Shown here piece by piece: positions 10,517-24,061 of a stretch of 64,000 bases of DNA. Within the stretch, counting starts at the first letter, position 1. Every line of letters begins with the position of its first letter. The notes under the pieces are model-generated. The model was not told where the DNA came from and made no database searches. It saw only the letters and a program-made list of their open reading frames with translations. This DNA is from Thecamonas trahens ATCC 50062 (lineage: Eukaryota > Protista > Apusomonadida), in contig NW_013657616.1 in NCBI RefSeq assembly GCF_000142905.1, forward strand, positions 124,001-188,000, read 5' to 3'. Made by a program: the position numbers and the translations under genes.

Positions 10517-11134
10517 GTTTCACCGGCCACCCGTCCCCCCGCTTGTAAGAGTTGCCCCTACCCTGACAGTCCGATCATGACGCTACAACCTGATCTCCCG
10601 TGCATCATCACCTCACCGACCAGCCACTCGCACATGCGCGCGCACGGCACACGTGCACGCGATGCAAACCTCAACAAACCACTCTCGCCGGTACCTCTCT
10701 CGCTCGCTCAGGCGCCAGAAAAAGTACGCAAAGGTGCCTGACATGGATGACTGACAACCAACCATCAATTAACCCATACATATCATCAATGTCGTCCGGC
10801 CGCACATGCGAGTTTCTTGCCCCCCGCCCACCTGCTGCTCGCACAGGCGAGACAAGGAGACTTCCTCGCTCGCTCCCTCCCTCCCTCGCTCCCTCCCTCC
10901 CTCCCTCGCTCGCTCGCTCCCTCCTTCCCTCCCTCCTTTCCTCCTTCTTCCTCTCCCCATCCTCCTTCTATCGATGGTGGAGGTGACTCGGCGAAAAAGG
11001 ATGGCGATTCTCGGCGACACGCACGCGCTTCACAGCCCCCCCCCCCCGCCCCCCCCTCCTCCCGCCCTCCTTACCCTCCTCACCCTCCTAACCCTCCTAC
11101 CCCCCCCCCCCCCTACCGTGTAGACTAGGTCGAC

Positions 11135-14100
11135 ATGTCGTCCATAGGCGAGGTTAGCCGGAGCACTACGATTCCTAAGAGGTCTTGGCTCGGCAAGCGG
11201 AGCCACCAGACCAAGGTCTTGCTGCGGAAGAATGCCATTCTCGCCAAGCGCAACTGGAAGTCGACGCTCTCGTTTGTCATCATTCCGTCTGCAATCATGA
11301 TTCTGCTCTTCCTCCTCTCGCTCATCGTCAAGACGCACTCGGATTTGACCAAGAACGTTCCCAATCCGCCGTCAAAGGCCATTTCCACTCAGCTCCCGCC
11401 GTGCAAGATCGGCGAGGGCAAGTCACATTGCTACACCTTTATCTATAACTACGCTACCGTGCCTGTGGTGGCGAGAATGATGGAAAAGGTGAGGCTCGCG
11501 GCGGGCGTGCCGGCGGCGAATGTGCATGGTATCCCAGGCGGCGATCTGGAGACGCTCAACAAGTTTATGTACGACGAGTACAACGTGACCCAGGCCGCGT
11601 ACGTGTTCAACTTTGACAACGCCACCCACTCTGATAGCCTTCCGAAGTCGGGCAACATCTACACGCTTGCCATCAACGAGACGCTCTTCTCAGACTGCGA
11701 CAACGACCTCAAGTTCTACGAGTGCGCCAGGTCGGCCGCGACATTGCCGTGCCCATGATGATGCTCCTCGACGAGGCCATTCTCGGCGAGGTGTCCGGCC
11801 GCCAGGGCGGCCCGGCGGCCTCGATTGTTGCCGCCATCACCGAGTTTGCCCACCCGGTCATCTTCAACTTTAACGTCAAGTCCTCGAGCGCCGGCCTCTT
11901 CCTCATGTTTGCCACCATGTTCCCGCTCGTCCTCATGCTCATGCAGGTTGTGGCCGAGAAAGAGGCCAAGCTCAAGTTCTCCATGTCGCTCATCGGCGTC
12001 ACCGGCGCCGCGTATTGGACCTCGTGGTGGGTCACCTTCCTCGCCATGTTCTTCACCGCAGACCTGCTCCTCATTGCCGTCTGCTACATCTTTGACTTTG
12101 GCATTGTAACCAAGTCGGCCTTTGGCATCACCTTTTTCCTCGTTGTCCTCTTCTCGCTCTCGATGATCTCCACCGGCTTCTTCTTCTCGACCCTTTTCCG
12201 CAACGTCAAGTCTGCCCGCATGATGGCCCTCTTCTACCTGTTCCTCTTTGGCCTCTTCTCCTCCATCGGCCAGTTTGTGTATGGCGACGGCACCTCGGTC
12301 TCGTCCTTCTGGCGCTACCTCCTCGCCCTCTTTCCGCCGGTCATCTTCAACAAGTCGCTCGTTGACCTCACCAACGCCTCGTCCGGCCAGTCGGTTGTTG
12401 TCGGTGTCACCTGGGCCCAGCGCTCCAACTACACCGAGATCTTCCCCTTTACGCAGGTCTTCAACTGGCTCGTCTTTGACACGATTGTGTACTTTGTCCT
12501 CGCGTGGTACCTCGACATTGTCCTGCCCAATGCCATGGGTGTCCGCCGCTCGCCGTTCTACCCGTTCTCACCACGCTATTGGGGCTTTGGCTCTTCGGCG
12601 TCGCCCAAGCCGCGGCCCGGCGCCGCCTGCGAGCTCCCGCAGGCTGACGGCTACGTCGGCGGCGACGCCGGCGTCGACGACCCGGACGTCCAGGCCGAGG
12701 CCGCCCGCGTCCGTCTCAACCAGTTCCACGAGGAGCCGGCGCTTGTCATCCACAACCTGCGCAAGGTATTTGGCTCGTTTGTGGCCGTCGACAACCTCTC
12801 CATCTCCATCGCCCGTAACTCGGTCCTCGGCCTGCTTGGCGCGAACGGCGCCGGCAAGTCGACCACCATCAACATGCTCACCGGTGGCGTCGAGCCCTCG
12901 TCCGGCTATGCCGTCCTCAACCTCGCTTCTGACGGAAACACGCCCGGCCGCTCACTCACTACCCTCACCGACCGCGATGCCATCCGTGACCACCTCGCCG
13001 TCGTCCCGCAGTTTGACGTCCTTTGGGACGACCTCTCTGGCGAGGAGAACCTCGCTGTCTTTGCCGGCCTCAAGGGTCTCGCCGGAGCTGACCTCGGCTA
13101 CGAGGTTCGCACCCGCCTCGATGAGGTCGATCTCCAGGGCGACCGCACCGGCCTCGCTTCTTCGTACTCGGGCGGCATGCGTCGCCGCCTCTCGGTCGCC
13201 ATGGGCCTCACCTGCGATCCGGCCATTGTCCTCCTCGACGAGCCGACGACGGGCATGGACCCGGTCTCGCGTCGCAAGGTCTGGGACGTCATCGAGCGCG
13301 CCAAGAAGCGGCCCAATCGTGCTCTCACTCTCACTACCCACTCGATGGAGGAGGCCGACGTCCTCTCCGACCGCATCGCCATCATGGCCAACGGCCGCAT
13401 TCGCTGCATCGGCACCTCGCTTCACCTCAAGCGCAAGTTTGGCACCGGCTACCGCGTCCAGGTCGTTGCTGCTCCCGAGCACATTACCGACGTCTGGGCT
13501 GCCTTCCTCCAGCGCTTCCCGCACTACCCTGTCGTCGACACCACGCCCATGCACTTTACCGTCGAAGTCGCGTCGACCCAGGTACCCGAGCTTCCAGGCG
13601 TCTTTGAGTACCTCCAGTCTGCGGCAAACATCAAGGACTTCCACGTCTCACTCACCACTCTTGAGGACGTCTTCCTCCGCGTTGCTGAGGATGCCCAAGG
13701 CGAGGAGTTTACCACCGTCTCGGGCGAGGCGCCGCTCGAGGACCCTGCCGCCGCCTCTTCCGTCAATCACGACATCCCGGTTGCCCAGCCGGTTGGCGAG
13801 CAGGCACCAGGCTCGGGTTCGGGCCCGGCCTCTGCCGCAGACACGCCGCGCTCCGACACGACTGCGCCCTCGCCGCCGCCACCGCCACCCGCCGCCACCG
13901 GCCGCCTCAAGCCGCGCTACGGCCTGCAGGTCAAGGCCCTCCTCGCCAAGTCGTACCACCTGCAGAAGCGGCGCAAGGTGACCAACTGCTGCCAGATCTG
14001 CTGCCCCTCGTTCATCGTCTTTATCCTCATTATGGTGCAGCTCTTTGTCATCTCCTCGCTCAACCGCACCGTGCAGGCCTCGCCGAACCCGACGCCCGCG

Positions 14101-16499
14101 CCCATGAACTGGCTCTTCTTCCCCAACGACGACTTTCCCAACCAGCTTGGCTGGTCCGTGCCGGCCTCGCCTTCGCCCGCCGAGCTCGCCGTCGGAAACA
14201 GCTTGTACATGGCGCCTTACACCAATCCACCGCTCGAAGAGCTATCCACCAACATCTCGTTTGTCAAGACTCAGTTCAGCTCGCTCGCCGCAATGCAGTC
14301 GACGCTCTACGCCGCGCACTTTGGCGGCGGCGGTTGGGCCGGCGGCTTTGACATTCTCTCGGCTACGGACAACGCGTTCTCGGTCAACCTCCTGTTCAAC
14401 CGGACCAAGGCCAAGTTCTACGACTCGCTGCCGGCGCTCTTTGCCTCGGCCTCCACCGCTTTTTCGCAACTCGCCCTCAACGCCTCGGCGCCGTACGAGC
14501 ACTCGTACGTCAAGCTCCCGGTTCGCGAGCACGAGGTCAAGATTGACATTGTCTCGTTCCTCGCCGCCATCCTCTTTCCGCTCATTCTCTTCTTCCAGTT
14601 CCCGCTTGTGGTCGGCTCCATCATGCACGACAAGGAGCACAAGCTCATTGAGATCCTCAAGATGCAGGGCATGAAGATGTCGGTTTACTGGCTCGTCAAC
14701 TTTGTCTTTTCGTTCATCCTCTACATCGGCGTCCTTGTTGTGCTCTTTGCCCTTGGCTTTGTCTTCCGCTTTGACTTTTTCATCCGCAACTCGTTCCCCA
14801 CCTACTTCATCCTCTTCCTCCTCTGGGGCGCCACCATGATTGCGCTTGCCTTTGTCTTCACCACCCTCTTTGGCCGCGAGTTTATCGCCACCGTCGTCTC
14901 GTACCTCGTCGTCATTGTCTCGTGGATCTCGGGCTCCATCCTTGTCGGCCAGGTCGAGGGCAACGGCGCGCAGAGCTTCTTCTTCTCGCTCTACCCGTTC
15001 TTTGCCTTTCAGCGCGGCGTCGGCTACCTCGCCGCCGCCGCCACCGCAGGCTCGGAAGGCCTCACGCTTGCTACGGTCAACTCGGGCGACGCCTACCTCG
15101 GCAACATCTACGGCTACCTCGCCGTCGAGCTTGTCGCCCTCCTCCTCCTTGCTTACTACCTCGACCAGGTTGTGCCGGCAGGCTTTGGCGTTACCAAGTC
15201 GCCCATCTTTTGCCTCAAGCCCTCGTACTGGCGCGGCTCCAAGGCGGGTTCGGACGCCGACGAGGAGCGCGCCCTCATGTCTGGCCCGCTTCTCCAGGAC
15301 AAGTATCCCATCGAAGACGAGGACGAAGACGTCGCGGCCGAGCGGCGCTACATCCTCGACCCGAGGCACGCCGGGACCAACGCCATTGCCATGCGCCACC
15401 TCCGTAAGGTCTACGACGGCGGCAAGGTCGCCGTTCGCAACGCCACCTTTGGCATCCGCCGCGGCGAGTGCTTTGGCCTTCTCGGCCACAACGGCGCCGG
15501 CAAGACCACCATCGCCTCGATGCTTTCTGGCCTCATCGAGCCGAGCTACGGCGACGCCCTCGTCGCTGGGTACTCGATCCGCGAGTCGATGGACGAGATC
15601 TATGGCGTCCTCGGCGTCTGTCCGCAGCACGACATCCTCTGGCCGACCATGACCGCCGAGGAGCACCTCTACCTCTACGGCCGCCTCAAGCGCATGACGG
15701 GTGCCGAGCTTAAGCGTGCTGTCGCCCGCACTCTCGACGAGCTCCACCTGACGTACGTCCGCAAGCGCCTCGTTGGCCGCTTCTCGGGCGGCATGAAGCG
15801 GCGCCTTTCCATCGGCATCGCGCTCATCGGCTCGCCGCAGGTCGTCTTCCTCGACGAGCCCACCACTGGCCTCGACCCAAGAACCGCCGCGAGGTGTGGA
15901 ACATCATCTCCCGCGCCTGCCGCTCCGGGAATGCCTCGGTCGTCCTCACCTCCCACTCGCTCGAAGAGGCCGAGGCCCTCTGCTCCCGCATTGGCATCAT
16001 GGCCTCAGGCGCCCTCGAGTGTGTCGGTTCGTCCGGCCACCTCAAGGCCAAGTTTGCCGCAGGCTATCGCCTCTCGCTCTCAATGCACCCCGACCACATT
16101 GACGCCGCGCCCGCCGCCGTCGCCGCTATCCTCGACCTCCTCCCGCGCGCCTCGCACATGCCGCACTCGCTCGGGCCCAACCAGCACTTCCACGTCCCCG
16201 AGGGCTCATTTGACCTCGCAGAGCTCTTCACTACCATGGAGGCTCGCAAGGACGGGCTCCACGTCGCAGAGTGGAACATCGCCCAGACCACCCTTGAAGA
16301 CGTCTTTATCCGCATCGCAGAGGCCGGCTCGGCAAAGGACGCCCTCGCTCGTTCGCTCACCGACTCGACCATCTTTGCCTCAAGCACCGCCTCGCCGCCC
16401 CGTCCCGGCGCCCACGACGCCTACATCCCACCGGTGGCCATCCCCTCGCGCGTCGTCGACGACGACGACTACGAGTACGACGATGAGCCTGACCGGTGA
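11135..16499 (+). CDS. Full-length ABCA-family transporter (TMD-NBD-TMD-NBD), 2 frameshifts (~11727, ~15877)
   Basis: Two GxNGAGK[ST]T Walker A motifs, [YF]SGGM[RK]RRLS signatures, LDEPTTG, THS[ML]EEA, LKxKF, TTLEDVF; EKE/DKE-K-L motifs after large exocytoplasmic loops. Confidence 0.95.
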
Positions 16500-16693
16500 G
16501 CCTTGCCACTGAAAACCATTGAAGCCACACAAGCTATATACCGGTGTTCCGCTGCCCGGTCAATCCCGTAAACCCCCCCCGCCCCCCGCCCCCCCCCCCC
16601 CCCCCCCACCTGCCACACACCACTCCCACACACCACTCCCACACACCACTCCCACACAACCCCCGCACCTCCCCTAACCCCCCTCTCTCTCCC

Positions 16694-19600
16694 ATGGCGT
16701 CAACGCTCACGCTCACTGCTCTAACCTTGCTCGGAATCCTACTCCTCACCCTCCCTTCCACTACGTTTTCCAGCCGGCCATGTGCCAGCGCAAATCCGGC
16801 AGGTCGTCGACTTGGTTTTCGTGCTGGCGGTGATGCCACTGTTTCATTGGCTTCTGATGTGGTCATTGGTGACATTGATGGTGATGGTGTGAATGATATT
16901 GTGAGTTCGGCGCCAGGTGGTGGAAGCGATGTCTTCTGGTTCAACTCGGTGGTGGCTAAGGGTCCTTCAAAGGCTCCTCAACTCGTGGCATCGTCCATGT
17001 TCAACCTTCAAACCATGGCCGTGGCTGATATGAATGCTGATAATCGTCTCGATGTCGTCATTTTTCGCATGTCTCATGTCGTTGTCGTCCTCCAAGACTC
17101 TCTCTCGCCCGTCTCGTGGCTCACGCCTGTGACTTACTCGGCCAGTGCTGTGCAGTTTGGTGAAATGGGCGACCTCTCTGGCGATGGCCATGCGGACGTC
17201 GTCGCTGCTACTAGCGGAGGCCATTTTGCCTGGTGGTCAAACAACGGCTCCGGCGTTCTCACGAGCAAGCCGGCCATTGCTGCTGGACTAGGCCTGCGCA
17301 GACTTGTCATTGTCGACATTGATAGTGATAATGATGCTGACCTTCTGGCGGCGGACTACTCTGGCTCGGCCGTTGTTCTCGCCACCAACGATGCGGGTGA
17401 CGGCTCCAGCTGGACGGTGAGCACAGTGTCTGTGACTAGTGGCGTGTGGGCGGTGGTGGTGGGCGACTTTAACGCTGACTCTCTCCTCGATGTTGCCCAT
17501 GTGTCTTCAACAACTTCCGGGCTTGGTTGGGCGATGGCGACTACGCCGGGAGTCTTCGGGCCCAAGCAGTCGGTGCCTGGGCCGTCTCAAGGGAAGGATG
17601 TTGCCGCTACTGACGCCGATGCCGATGGCGACATTGATCTTGTTGTCGCCGCTGTCTCCAAACTCGTTGTGTACCTCAACACGGGCTCTGGCGCCTCGTT
17701 CTCGCCCGTTGAGTTATACTCGAACATCGATGACGGCCAGTTCTTGGGTGTGTTTGGCGTCGAGGTTGCCGACGTCGATGGTGACGGCCTGTTCGATTGG
17801 ATTCTTTCAGCCAATAATTCTGGGCGGGTGTTTTGGTTCTCAGCAGCGGCAACGCAGTCGGCCATGCTCTACCCGTTTGACGTCGGTACGCAGCTCGTCT
17901 CGCCGGCAGTGGCCAATGTACTGACGGTCGCCGCCGGCGACATTGATAATGACGGGTGGGAGGACGTTGTGTCGCAGCAGAGCACGGGAGTCGTGAACGT
18001 GTATCGCAACCAGGGCGGCACCGGCTCGTTTGCCAACGGTATCACGGTCATGACAATACCAGACCCGATTGCTGGCGGACTGGTACTCGCCGACCTTGAT
18101 CAAGACGGGGAGCTTGATATGGTGGCCGCTTCAGCCCCCGGGAGTGGTGGGTCGATCATGGGTTGCTGGAGCCTCCCGGTGTCACTTTCCTGCGTCTTTC
18201 CCTTTTCAGTCTCTCTTGTCGACCTGCCGCGCTGGATCGAGGTGAGTGATGTCGACGCGGATGGCTTTCTTGATGTTTTGTGGAGTGACGTCAACGGCGT
18301 GCACTGGGTCCAGAATGTGGGAAAGGAGGAAGCATGGAATAACTTTCATTTAGTTACTGCAACTGGAACAACCGCGACCAATGCCGTGGGCGACATTGAC
18401 GCCGACGGCGACGTCGACGTGGCGGTTGTCTCGGGAAACGACGTGGTAGTTCTCGGCAACACCGGCAACGGCACGTTTGCAGTGGTCGACACCGCAGTTC
18501 CGCCGCCGCCGCTGTCTACGCTCGCCGCCAATGCATTGATGATCGCCGACCTCAACGTCGACGGACTCGGTGACATTGTGGGGTGCGGCAGCGGGGGAAA
18601 TCGCTATGTCTTTGCAGCAGTGCAGATCGCGCCAGGCGTTTTCGGCCCGATCTTTGGTCTGGCGACTGTTGTGGACTTTCCCGGTGTGGGCACAGACCTT
18701 ATTGTCACAGACCTCAACAGCGACTCTGTGCCAGACCTGGTTGTGGCGACGTCCAACTTGCTCTTTGCCCACGTCAACATGTACGGCGACCCGACAGGGA
18801 CTTGGAGCTCGCAGCAGCTGCGCGAGACCGACCCGCAAGCGGTTTACCATGTGGTCAACCTCGACGCAGATGGCGTCGGTCTTCGCGACATTGCTTACTC
18901 GCGCTATAATGAGGTTCGCGTGGCACGGGGCCGCGAGTTTGATCGTTTTACGACCGCTCTGCGGCCGGCGAGCTTGCGGCCCATACCAGAGATGTTCCCG
19001 ACATGCTCGACGCAGCTGCGTGGCGGCCGACGTTCAGTCGAGTGCTTGGCAGCGATGTCAACTGCCGGAGCTTGCGCGAGCCAGGAAGTTGTGTTTCCGG
19101 CGGCGACGTACACCAGCTGCCCGACGGCAAACCTTCAGTTGTGGAAGTCGGCCACGGTGAACGCCACAGGCGTAGTGATCGATTGCGACCACCGCAATGG
19201 GGGGCGTTCCGCATTGGCACCAATGTCTCGGTCTCGTTTGCTGGCCTCTCTGCCATCAACTCGACAGGAACTACGATGCTCATGGTCGAAGGCGAGGGTG
19301 CAGAGCTGGTCTTGACTCACTGCCACTTTGCGACTTTGGGCTCGACATTGTCCAATGGGGCTGTGGTGTCTGTGACTTCCGGCGGAGTGCTGGTGATGAC
19401 GGACTCGACGGCGGTTGACAACCTTGCGACCATTGGTGGTGCGGTGTTCGTGGTGAGTGGGACACTTCGTTTGGAGCGAGTCCACTTTTCGCTCAACCGC
19501 GCCACCATGGGTGGTGGCTCTGTTTACTCGCGAGATTCATCGTCTATCATCATTGGGTGCACGTTTGAGAACGGGTCGACGTTCTCGTTCAGCAGCTTTG

Positions 19601-22430
19601 GCGGTGGCATCGCTTTCGAGGGCGGAACAGCTCTTATTGCGAATTCCAAGTTTGCCAGGCTGGCATCAGGCAACGGTGGCTGTGTCACGATCTATGGGAG
19701 AAGCTTTGAAGTCTCGGTCGAGATTGTCGACACGACGTTTGTCGACTGTTCTGCGCGCAGTGTCGGCGGAGCTGTCAACATTGCCTTGTCGACCAGTGTT
19801 TCACGATTTCTTATGACGCGAGTCTCCATTTCCAACTGCCATGCTGCCGAGATTGGGGGTGGCATACATATTCGGAGCGTCCAAGACGCGGTTCTGACGG
19901 ATGTGACCATCTCGTCGACAAGTGCGGACCTGGCTGGCGGCGCTCTGGCCTGCGAAGATTTTTCTTCTTCCTCGGTGTCGTCTACCAAGGTTTGGGACCT
20001 GAGTCCTGTGGCATCGGGAACGTCGACTTCGTCTGTGACGATGGCTGGGTCTGGACTGTCTATGACGTCTGTGTCGGCAGGTATTGGCGGTGGCCTGTTC
20101 CTCTGCTCGTGCACTGTGAGTGGACCGATGACGATCATCGATGCTAGCGCAAGCGCGGCAGGCGGGGCCGGGTTTGGGTGTGTGAGCGAGCCTGCGGCGT
20201 TTCCGGCGTCGGGCCCGCCGGGCACGGTGTCGTCGAGCGTGGGAGCAGACGGCTACGGCCCGGGATGGGCGACGGTGCCGGAGAAGTTTGTGTGGATCCA
20301 ACCGCCGAGTGCGCGGATTGGATCGGCGCTCTTGCTGGCGGGCGTCTCGATCGAGCTTCTGGATGGAGTCGGGCAACGAGTGCGGGCGAGTGAGATTCGG
20401 ATTGGAGTGACGATCCTGGACGTGGAGGAGGACAAAGTGGAGAACATCGGACCGACGGCGATTCCGCAGGCTGGCGACGGGAGCTTCTCGCTGGTCTCGT
20501 CGTCACTGGGCATGTACGGCCCGCCGTACGACGACGTGCCTCTGCGGCTCGAGGTGGGACTGACCGACGGGGTGCGGAGCGACCTGGCAAGCACGTCGAC
20601 GATTGCGGTGACGCTGACGGCATGCCCGCCCGGAACCGGCGGTGGACCTGCGGACGAGTCGCCGTGGCTGGTCTGTACGGTATGCGGGGTGTCCGAGGTG
20701 TCTGAGGAGACATCGGTGGCGCCGTGCGCGCTCCGTGATCCATGCCCTGATTCGACGGTTGCGGTGGAGCAGAACCGGACTGTGAGCTGCGTGTGCAAGG
20801 ATGGTTTCTACTCGCACGCCGGGCGTGTCGAGGGTGAGGCGTGCGATGAGTGTCCTCCGGGAGGGCTGTGCGCGCTCGGCAGCGATGAGCCTGTTCCACT
20901 GGTGGGCTTTTACCCTGTGGGCGACGGCACGTTTGTGGCGTGCAGGCGTGCGGCCGGGTGCGTGGGAGGATCGAACGTGGCGCCGTGTAGGCGCGGATAC
21001 TCGGGCTTTATGTGCAACGAGTGCGAGGCCGGGCACTACTCGGACGCGTCCGGGGCGTGCGTACCGTGCCCCGAGGCAGCAGTCTCGACGTTTGTGTCTG
21101 CGCAGGTGATAATTGTGCTTGTGGCCAATGGGGTGGCGGTTGGGGTTGGATGGGCACTTGTGCGGGCCGGAATCCGGACCGGGACGGCGACGGGCGAGGT
21201 CAAGTCGCAGGCGCAGCTGATCCGGGCGTTTCGGCGGCTGACGTCGCCGGCGTCACCGTCGATGGTGCTTGTGGCCTTTCAGCTTGTGGGGCTTGTGGTG
21301 GACATAGACCTGGCGTGGAGCGGGGCGACACGCGACGTGCTCTCTTTTTCAATGTCTTTAACGTTGACGCCAACCTGTTTGCTTCCGAGTGCGCGGTGGC
21401 GTCGTTCCACACCAAGTACGCGCTCACTGTCCTCCTCCCTGTTGTTTTTCTCGGACTTGTCTTTGGTACGCTCATTCTGCTCAAGGTCGTGGCGCCCAAG
21501 GTGGGATTTTTCCACGGGCTGGATGAGGTGGCTGTGAGCACGCTGGCGGATGCGGTCTTGTTCACCATCACGCCGCTGCTGTACATTCCGATGTCTCGGG
21601 CGACGCTATTGATCTTTGACTGCGTGCGACTGCCAAACGGGCGGCTTGTTCTGGACACCGATCCTGGCGTGGCGTGCTTTGATGCGGCGTGGTGGGGTGT
21701 GGCTTGGTTGGGGCTCTGCTCTGTTGTGGTGTATGTTGTGGGCATCCCGCTGTACTTTGCTTACGCACTCGGACAGCACCGTCACGAGCTCTTCTCGCCG
21801 CAGGTGACGCTCCGGTTGGGAGCGCTGTATCGGCTGTACCGGCGCAAGTTCTACTGGTGCGGCGTGGGCGAGCTCGGTAAGCGGCTAGTTATTGTGCTTG
21901 TGGCCGTCTTCTTCTCGGGCATGAAGCTGTTGCTCATCGGGACACTGCTTATGGTGCTTGTGACGTCGCTCCTCTGCGTCGCGCGGTGGCAGCCGTACTA
22001 CTTTCCGCTGTACAACTCGCTAGACATGCGGCTCAACGCGGCGGTGTGTCTGGTTGTTTTCCTTGGCGCAGCGTCATACGCAGAGCGGCAGGCTTCGCCC
22101 AACTCCACCATGTTCCTCGTCTCGGCCATCGCGGCCGTCATCGTCCTCCTTGCGGTCTCGATCCACGGCATTGCCATGGACGTGATCCTTATTGTCCGTG
22201 ACCGGCGGGCAACGTACCTTGCGGCCAACGATCGCCAGCGACGGCTGATGGCGGTCATTACCAGCGAGCTGCAGGACGTGGAGGCCGGACCGGACGTCCT
22301 CCGCGATGCCGGGCGCTTCCTCGCCTCGCTCGACTCTGCCGTCGCCGCCGGCGTGTCGTCGGTGGAGAACACCACAGATGTGGGCGATCTCGGCGAGGTT
22401 GGAGAGGTGGAAATGGACGGGCTGATTTAG
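16694..22430 (+). CDS. Large cell-surface protein: signal peptide, FG-GAP/VCBS repeats, GGA(I/V) beta-helix repeats, Cys-rich repeats, ~9-TM C-terminal domain; 2 frameshifts (~19200, ~21347)
   Basis: Many GDIDGDGxxDIV motifs; GGAVFV/GGGIAF repeats; CxxCPxG repeats; TM block with LGALYRLYRRKFYW..KR..QPY..N. Confidence 0.85.
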
Positions 22431-22708
22431 TGAAGAACAGAACACTGACTCACTGTGGAAGCAGTGGGTTGGGTTGGATGGAGTGGTCGGGCGATGAGAG
22501 TCTGTCTGTCTGGCAAGCCTCAGGCGGCCAGGCACACAATGTGTTGGTTTGGTGCGGTCGATCACTCCATCCATCCATCCGAATAGTGCGACACAAGGGA
22601 GCCGAGGGCGACGACGAGGACGAGGAGGACGACGACGACGACAGACGGTGAAGCCACTCCCCCCCCCCCCCCCCCCCCCCCCTCCCCATATACCATATAC
22701 CATATACC

Positions 22709-24061
22709 ATGGCAACTTACACGACGCCCGGAGCCATTGAGCTGCCTGCGCTGGGCATGAACCTCCACTTCCACCCGTCCAACTATGTCCTGGCCGCCGG
22801 GTGTGTCGACGGAGCGCTCAACATGTACTCGCTGAGTGAGACGGCCGAGGCCAAGCTGATGTACACTGTGCCGTACAGCGATGGCAGCAGCAGTAGTGCT
22901 GTTGGGCAAAAGGCTGGTTCGACTTTTTCGGCTATTTCGGCTCGGGCCATCAAATCGTTGCGGGCAGCCGCGTTTTCACCCTCGGGCAATGCGATTTTTC
23001 TGGGCCATGCATCGGGCACCCTCAAGGCGGTGGATGTGGAGACGGGCAAGGGTGTGTGGACCATTCCCAACGCGACTCAGCCATCGTTGGCGCGTCGGTG
23101 GAGAAAGGCTGCGGGCGCTGCGGCAGAGACAGCGAGGGCGTTGGCGAGCGACTCGGCGGCGGCGGCGGCGTTGGCGGCAGAGGCTGCGCGCGGGCCAGAC
23201 GAGTCGGTGGCAGGCGCGCTGGCAGCGATTCGGCGGTCGGGCAAGAAGGGCGGGAAGAAGAAGAAGGGCGGGATGGCGTCGCGCGGTTTCGACTTTTACC
23301 TCGGCGGCGAGGGACAGGACGGCGGCGAGGAGGATGACGACGAGTTTGGTGGCGACGTGGCGACGCCGATCAACGCGCTGCTTGCGCTGGGCGAGTTTGG
23401 GCTGGCTTCGGGTGACGACACAGGAACGATCCGGATCTGGGACGTCCGTGCGCCCAACTATGTGCGGACGTCTGATATGCACGAGGACTATGTGACCTCG
23501 TTTACGTCGCTCAACGACGGGTCGATGCTGATCTCGTCAGGCGGCGACGGGCGGATCGGGGCGTTTGACCTTGCGGGCAACCGGCCGCTCTCGCAGTCTG
23601 AGCCGCTCGACGACGAGATTGTGAGCGTGACAGCGCTGGCGGACGGGTCCAAGGTTGTGGCCGGGGTGCAGACCGGTGAGCTCCATGTGTTTGAGGCCGG
23701 TTACCTCGGGGCGCCGCTCGACGAGTACGCCGCGCTCGGCTCGATCGAGGCCATGGTCAAGATCTCCGAGGGTGGGGTGGCGCTGGCGGCCGCTGATGGC
23801 TCGGTCCGTGTCTTCTCGGTCCATCCCAACAAGCTCGTCGACGTGGTCTCGGAGCACGACGTTGAGGTCTCGGCCATGGCGGTCTCGGGCGATGGCCTCC
23901 TCTTGGCGTCGACTGGTCACGACACGGTCATCCGCTTCACCAACCTCACCACCGTCCACGACAAGATCTTCCAGGCCCACTCGCATGAGCGGATGCCGCG
24001 TCGGAATGTGGTTCTGCAGTCGACCTCCGAGAAGCCCAACTCGTTCTTTGACGATCTCTAA
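22709..24061 (+). CDS. WDR55: WD40 protein WDR55/Jip5-like (ribosome biogenesis)
   Basis: FHPS..LAAG, LASGDDTGTIRIWDVR, HEDYVTSF, SEPLDDE, C-terminal SFFDDL. Confidence 0.8.
   Translation: MATYTTPGAIELPALGMNLHFHPSNYVLAAGCVDGALNMYSLSETAEAKLMYTVPYSDGSSSSAVGQKAGSTFSAISARAIKSLRAAAFSPSGNAIFLGHASGTLKAVDVETGKGVWTIPNATQPSLARRWRKAAGAAAETARALASDSAAAAALAAEAARGPDESVAGALAAIRRSGKKGGKKKKGGMASRGFDFYLGGEGQDGGEEDDDEFGGDVATPINALLALGEFGLASGDDTGTIRIWDVRAPNYVRTSDMHEDYVTSFTSLNDGSMLISSGGDGRIGAFDLAGNRPLSQSEPLDDEIVSVTALADGSKVVAGVQTGELHVFEAGYLGAPLDEYAALGSIEAMVKISEGGVALAAADGSVRVFSVHPNKLVDVVSEHDVEVSAMAVSGDGLLLASTGHDTVIRFTNLTTVHDKIFQAHSHERMPRRNVVLQSTSEKPNSFFDDL

Noticed and set aside
14242-15747. 501-aa minus-strand ORF
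   Set aside because: Antisense shadow of ABCA caused by GC-rich codon bias
11135-16499. Calling ABCA, the receptors and the cathepsin pseudogenes
   Set aside because: Motifs and codon bias are intact, there are no in-frame stops, and every break sits at a homopolymer
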